In this document: piece after piece, positions 60,279 to 64,000 of the stretch
How the letters are laid out: each line of letters starts with the position of its first letter
Numbering within the stretch: the stretch's first letter is position 1
Assembly: GCF_009914755.1 (NCBI RefSeq)
Contig: NC_060935.1
Reading direction: 5' to 3' (one strand)
Length of the DNA stretch: 64,000 nt
From: the human T2T-CHM13v2.0 reference genome, Homo sapiens
Program-made: the position numbers and the translations under genes
Notes under the pieces: generated by a model
Database searches by the model: none
Seen by the model: only the letters and a program-made list of their open reading frames with translations
What the model was told of the DNA's origin: nothing

Positions 60279-61081
60279 TAATCTCTCCATTCTCTGCCTT
60301 CTAAGGAGGATAGATGGATCCTCCAGAATCCATTGTTTTGCTGACTCTCTGAGGAGGAATAGCTGAGCAGGTGGGAGAAAATTGCACAGGCTAATTTGCT
60401 TTGCAGGCCTAATAGGCCCAATGGGGAATCTGAGCAAGCTGGGTGACACACAGGAAGGCCAGGGCAGGAGAAAGAAAGGGTGCAAGGGTGACGAGAGAAA
60501 GTGAACAGGGAAACTGCATTTTGTTTTTTTTTTTTTTTTTTAGGGAAACTGCATTTAAAGGGAAGCTGTTTGCAATGCTTCTTTGCACACAAGGAACAGA
60601 ATCCACAAAGTTCACAACAAGGAACAGAAACCACAAATTTCACAACATGACAACATTCAAAATGGGAGTATGTCTCAAGTGCTCCACCAGCCAGCTGAAT
60701 GCAGGGTTTTCACAGGTGTAAAACATGTGACTATGCCAATTTTGATAGTTTCCTCTGACCAGAAAAATCAGGCTTTTATGAAAGAAACCAAAAGTGAAGT
60801 ATAACTTCCTTCTGAATCCCCTTTGAAACCCAAGTCCTACTGAAGAGGAAAGAGAACAAATCCCTATTGAAATGCCCTGAAGAGCTTCCACTGCCTAAAT
60901 GTGCAGCATAACCATCTCTACCTTCTCTTTAAAAAAAACATTCTAGAGGCTGGGCACGGTGGCTCACGCCTGTAATCCCAGCACTTTGGGAGGCTGAGGC
61001 GGGCGGATCACAAGGTCAGGAGTTCGAGACCAGCCTGACCAACACGGTGAAACCCCATCTCTACTAAAAATACAAAAATTA

Positions 61082-62190
<1,109 letters not shown>

Positions 62191-63419
62191 TATGATAATC
62201 AAAAGCAAGAATGTCAATGCGCCAAAGACAAGCCAGCTTGCTTGACTGCTCCCCATCTATACAGGACCGCATTCGTCACCCTGGTCCTTCCTTCTCCCCA
62301 GTTTATGCTGAGAGCGTCTACACATCAGTGTAGATGGTGGCACCCAAGTCCTGAATCTTTGTTTTCACCATACTCTTCACATCATCAGCCTCTGAGTTTG
62401 CCCCTTCCCTGCTAAACTGTGATGAACTCAAGGGCAGCACCTGGCAAAGCACCTGACACATGGTAACAACCAGGGATGGATGGTTGGATAGAGAAAGTCT
62501 GCTGATCCCACCCAGTGTTTCCAACTTGGGAAGAAATCTTTTTACTGTAGGGCTAAATGGGGTATGTCTAGCTATTTGTCGTATTTGAGAAGTTCAATTC
62601 AATCTCCTCACTGTGTCCATCAGTGAAAGAGAAAGCTTTAAGTAGAGATTTACGTTCCCTGCCCCCACCCCTGAAGAGCAACTGTTTAATCAGCTGGCTC
62701 CAGATGGGGCAACTAAATGAAAGTGCTACAAATTCAGAGGTCTTCACAAGTCCATGTTACTGTAAATGAAATTTGCGTAATTTTTTTTGAGAGACAGGGT
62801 CTTGCTGTTGCCCAGGCTGCAGTACAGTGATGGGACCGTAATTCACTGCTGCCTCCAACTCCTGGGCTCAAGTGATCATCCTGCCTCAGCCTCCAGAGCA
62901 GCTAGGACTACAGGTGCGCACCGTCATGCCTGGGTTTGTTTTTTGTTTTTTCCAGAGACGGGGTGGAAGGTGTCTCCATATGTTGCCCAAGCTGGTCTCA
63001 AAACTCTTGGGCTCAAGTGATCATCCTGCCTCAGCCTCCCGAGTAGCTAGGACTACAGGTGGGTGCCACTATGCACTTTTATTTTGTAGAGACAGAGGTG
63101 GAAAGTGTCTCCATATGTTGCCCAAGCTGGTCTCAAATTCCTGGGCTCAAGCATTTCTCCCACCTCAGCCTCCCAAAGTGCTGATTACAGGAGTGAGCCA
63201 CGACACCTGGCCCTTGTGCTCACTTTTAAGCAACCCTGCCAACAATAGAGCCTTCTCCAGGACTATGCTAGTAAGACACTTGTTCAGTGTCGTTTTGTAG
63301 GACAGAGAAAGCTAACTCAAACCACATTGCCACTATCCCGTCAGAAGTCTTATTCACTTTGCCAAGCCAAACTATTTCACAGAACCTCCCATATTAAAAA
63401 CACAGAGAAAGAAAACACA

Positions 63420-64000
63420 GATAACATGGTGTTGTGATCTTTATTCCATTAAATGATCTTACAAATTGGAGTAAAACAGAAACATGCTTTTAATATACTA
63501 ATAGCATAATCTCATCCCATTGCACTTTTTAAAAACTATATTAAGTTTCAAAGCCACTCAAAGGCAAGGGTCTAGCAGACAGTACTTTTAACAAATCATT
63601 TTTTAAAATAAAAAAACCTGAGGAAAATTTGTGTATGTACAAGATTAGTATTAACTCCTTTAAGGCTTACATCCATGACAGCATGTATCTAATTAGAAAG
63701 CTATGGGAATCAATGCTACCTTCCCTTGCTCATAAAAACATTTAAACTGTAGTTCTGGCACACGAAATTTGCCCCAAAGAAAAATGTCTTTCAAAGCCCT
63801 TCTGTCCCTAGATCTGTTTTGCAAAGTTTCTGATATGGGGTACTTAGGTCACTAATGACAGGAATTAGGATCTTGTCTTCTTTCTTGTTCATTATTTTTA
63901 TTTGTGGCTTAATGTTTCACCTGTATGTGAAAGATTTGGGGGTTCAAGTCACAGTGCTGAATTTTACTTTTTAAAAGAAAAACTATCAAAAATTGCTTTT
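63420..64000 (-). other. ATL3: Terminal 3' UTR and poly(A) site of the upstream minus-strand gene, probably ATL3
   Basis: Unique AT-rich sequence with minus-strand AATAAA at 63445-63440 followed by a GU/U-rich element (tctgtgttttctttctctgtgttttt). The gene name comes from known gene order only; no coding exon is in the window. Confidence 0.6.

Overview
This is human (primate) genomic DNA, recognisable as the chr11q12-13 PLAAT cluster. The minus strand carries the whole coding sequence of PLAAT3 (PLA2G16/HRASLS3) in four exons: 53296-53282, 37451-37349, 29658-29390 and 14336-14235. These total 489 nt, or 162 aa plus stop, with GT-AG junctions, the His23/His35/Cys113 triad and a C-terminal hydrophobic anchor. 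PLAAT3 has a CpG-island promoter at about 52.9-53.9 kb. The first coding exon and promoter of PLAAT2 (Met-Ala-Leu|gtaagt) lie at about 2.6 kb. The right edge looks like the terminal 3' UTR and poly(A) site of the upstream minus-strand gene, probably ATL3. The rest is dense in Alus, with L1, HAL1-like, LTR and DNA-transposon fossils, often nested. I see no evidence for a new multi-gene system. The best leads are: (1) an unidentified ~4 kb decayed retrocopy antisense in the last PLAAT3 intron; (2) a perfect ISRE at the PLAAT2 promoter plus a kappaB site in a nearby LTR; (3) PLAAT3 coding exons 2+3 forming a 372-nt phase-0 stop-free cassette, which could give a rolling-circle circRNA or an in-frame skip; (4) a tandemly duplicated 3'-truncated U2 snRNA retrocopy; (5) a poly(A)-only insertion flanked by target-site duplications (TSDs). 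Repeat family names come from recalled consensus sequences and need RepeatMasker/Dfam confirmation. Repeat boundaries without TSDs are approximate.
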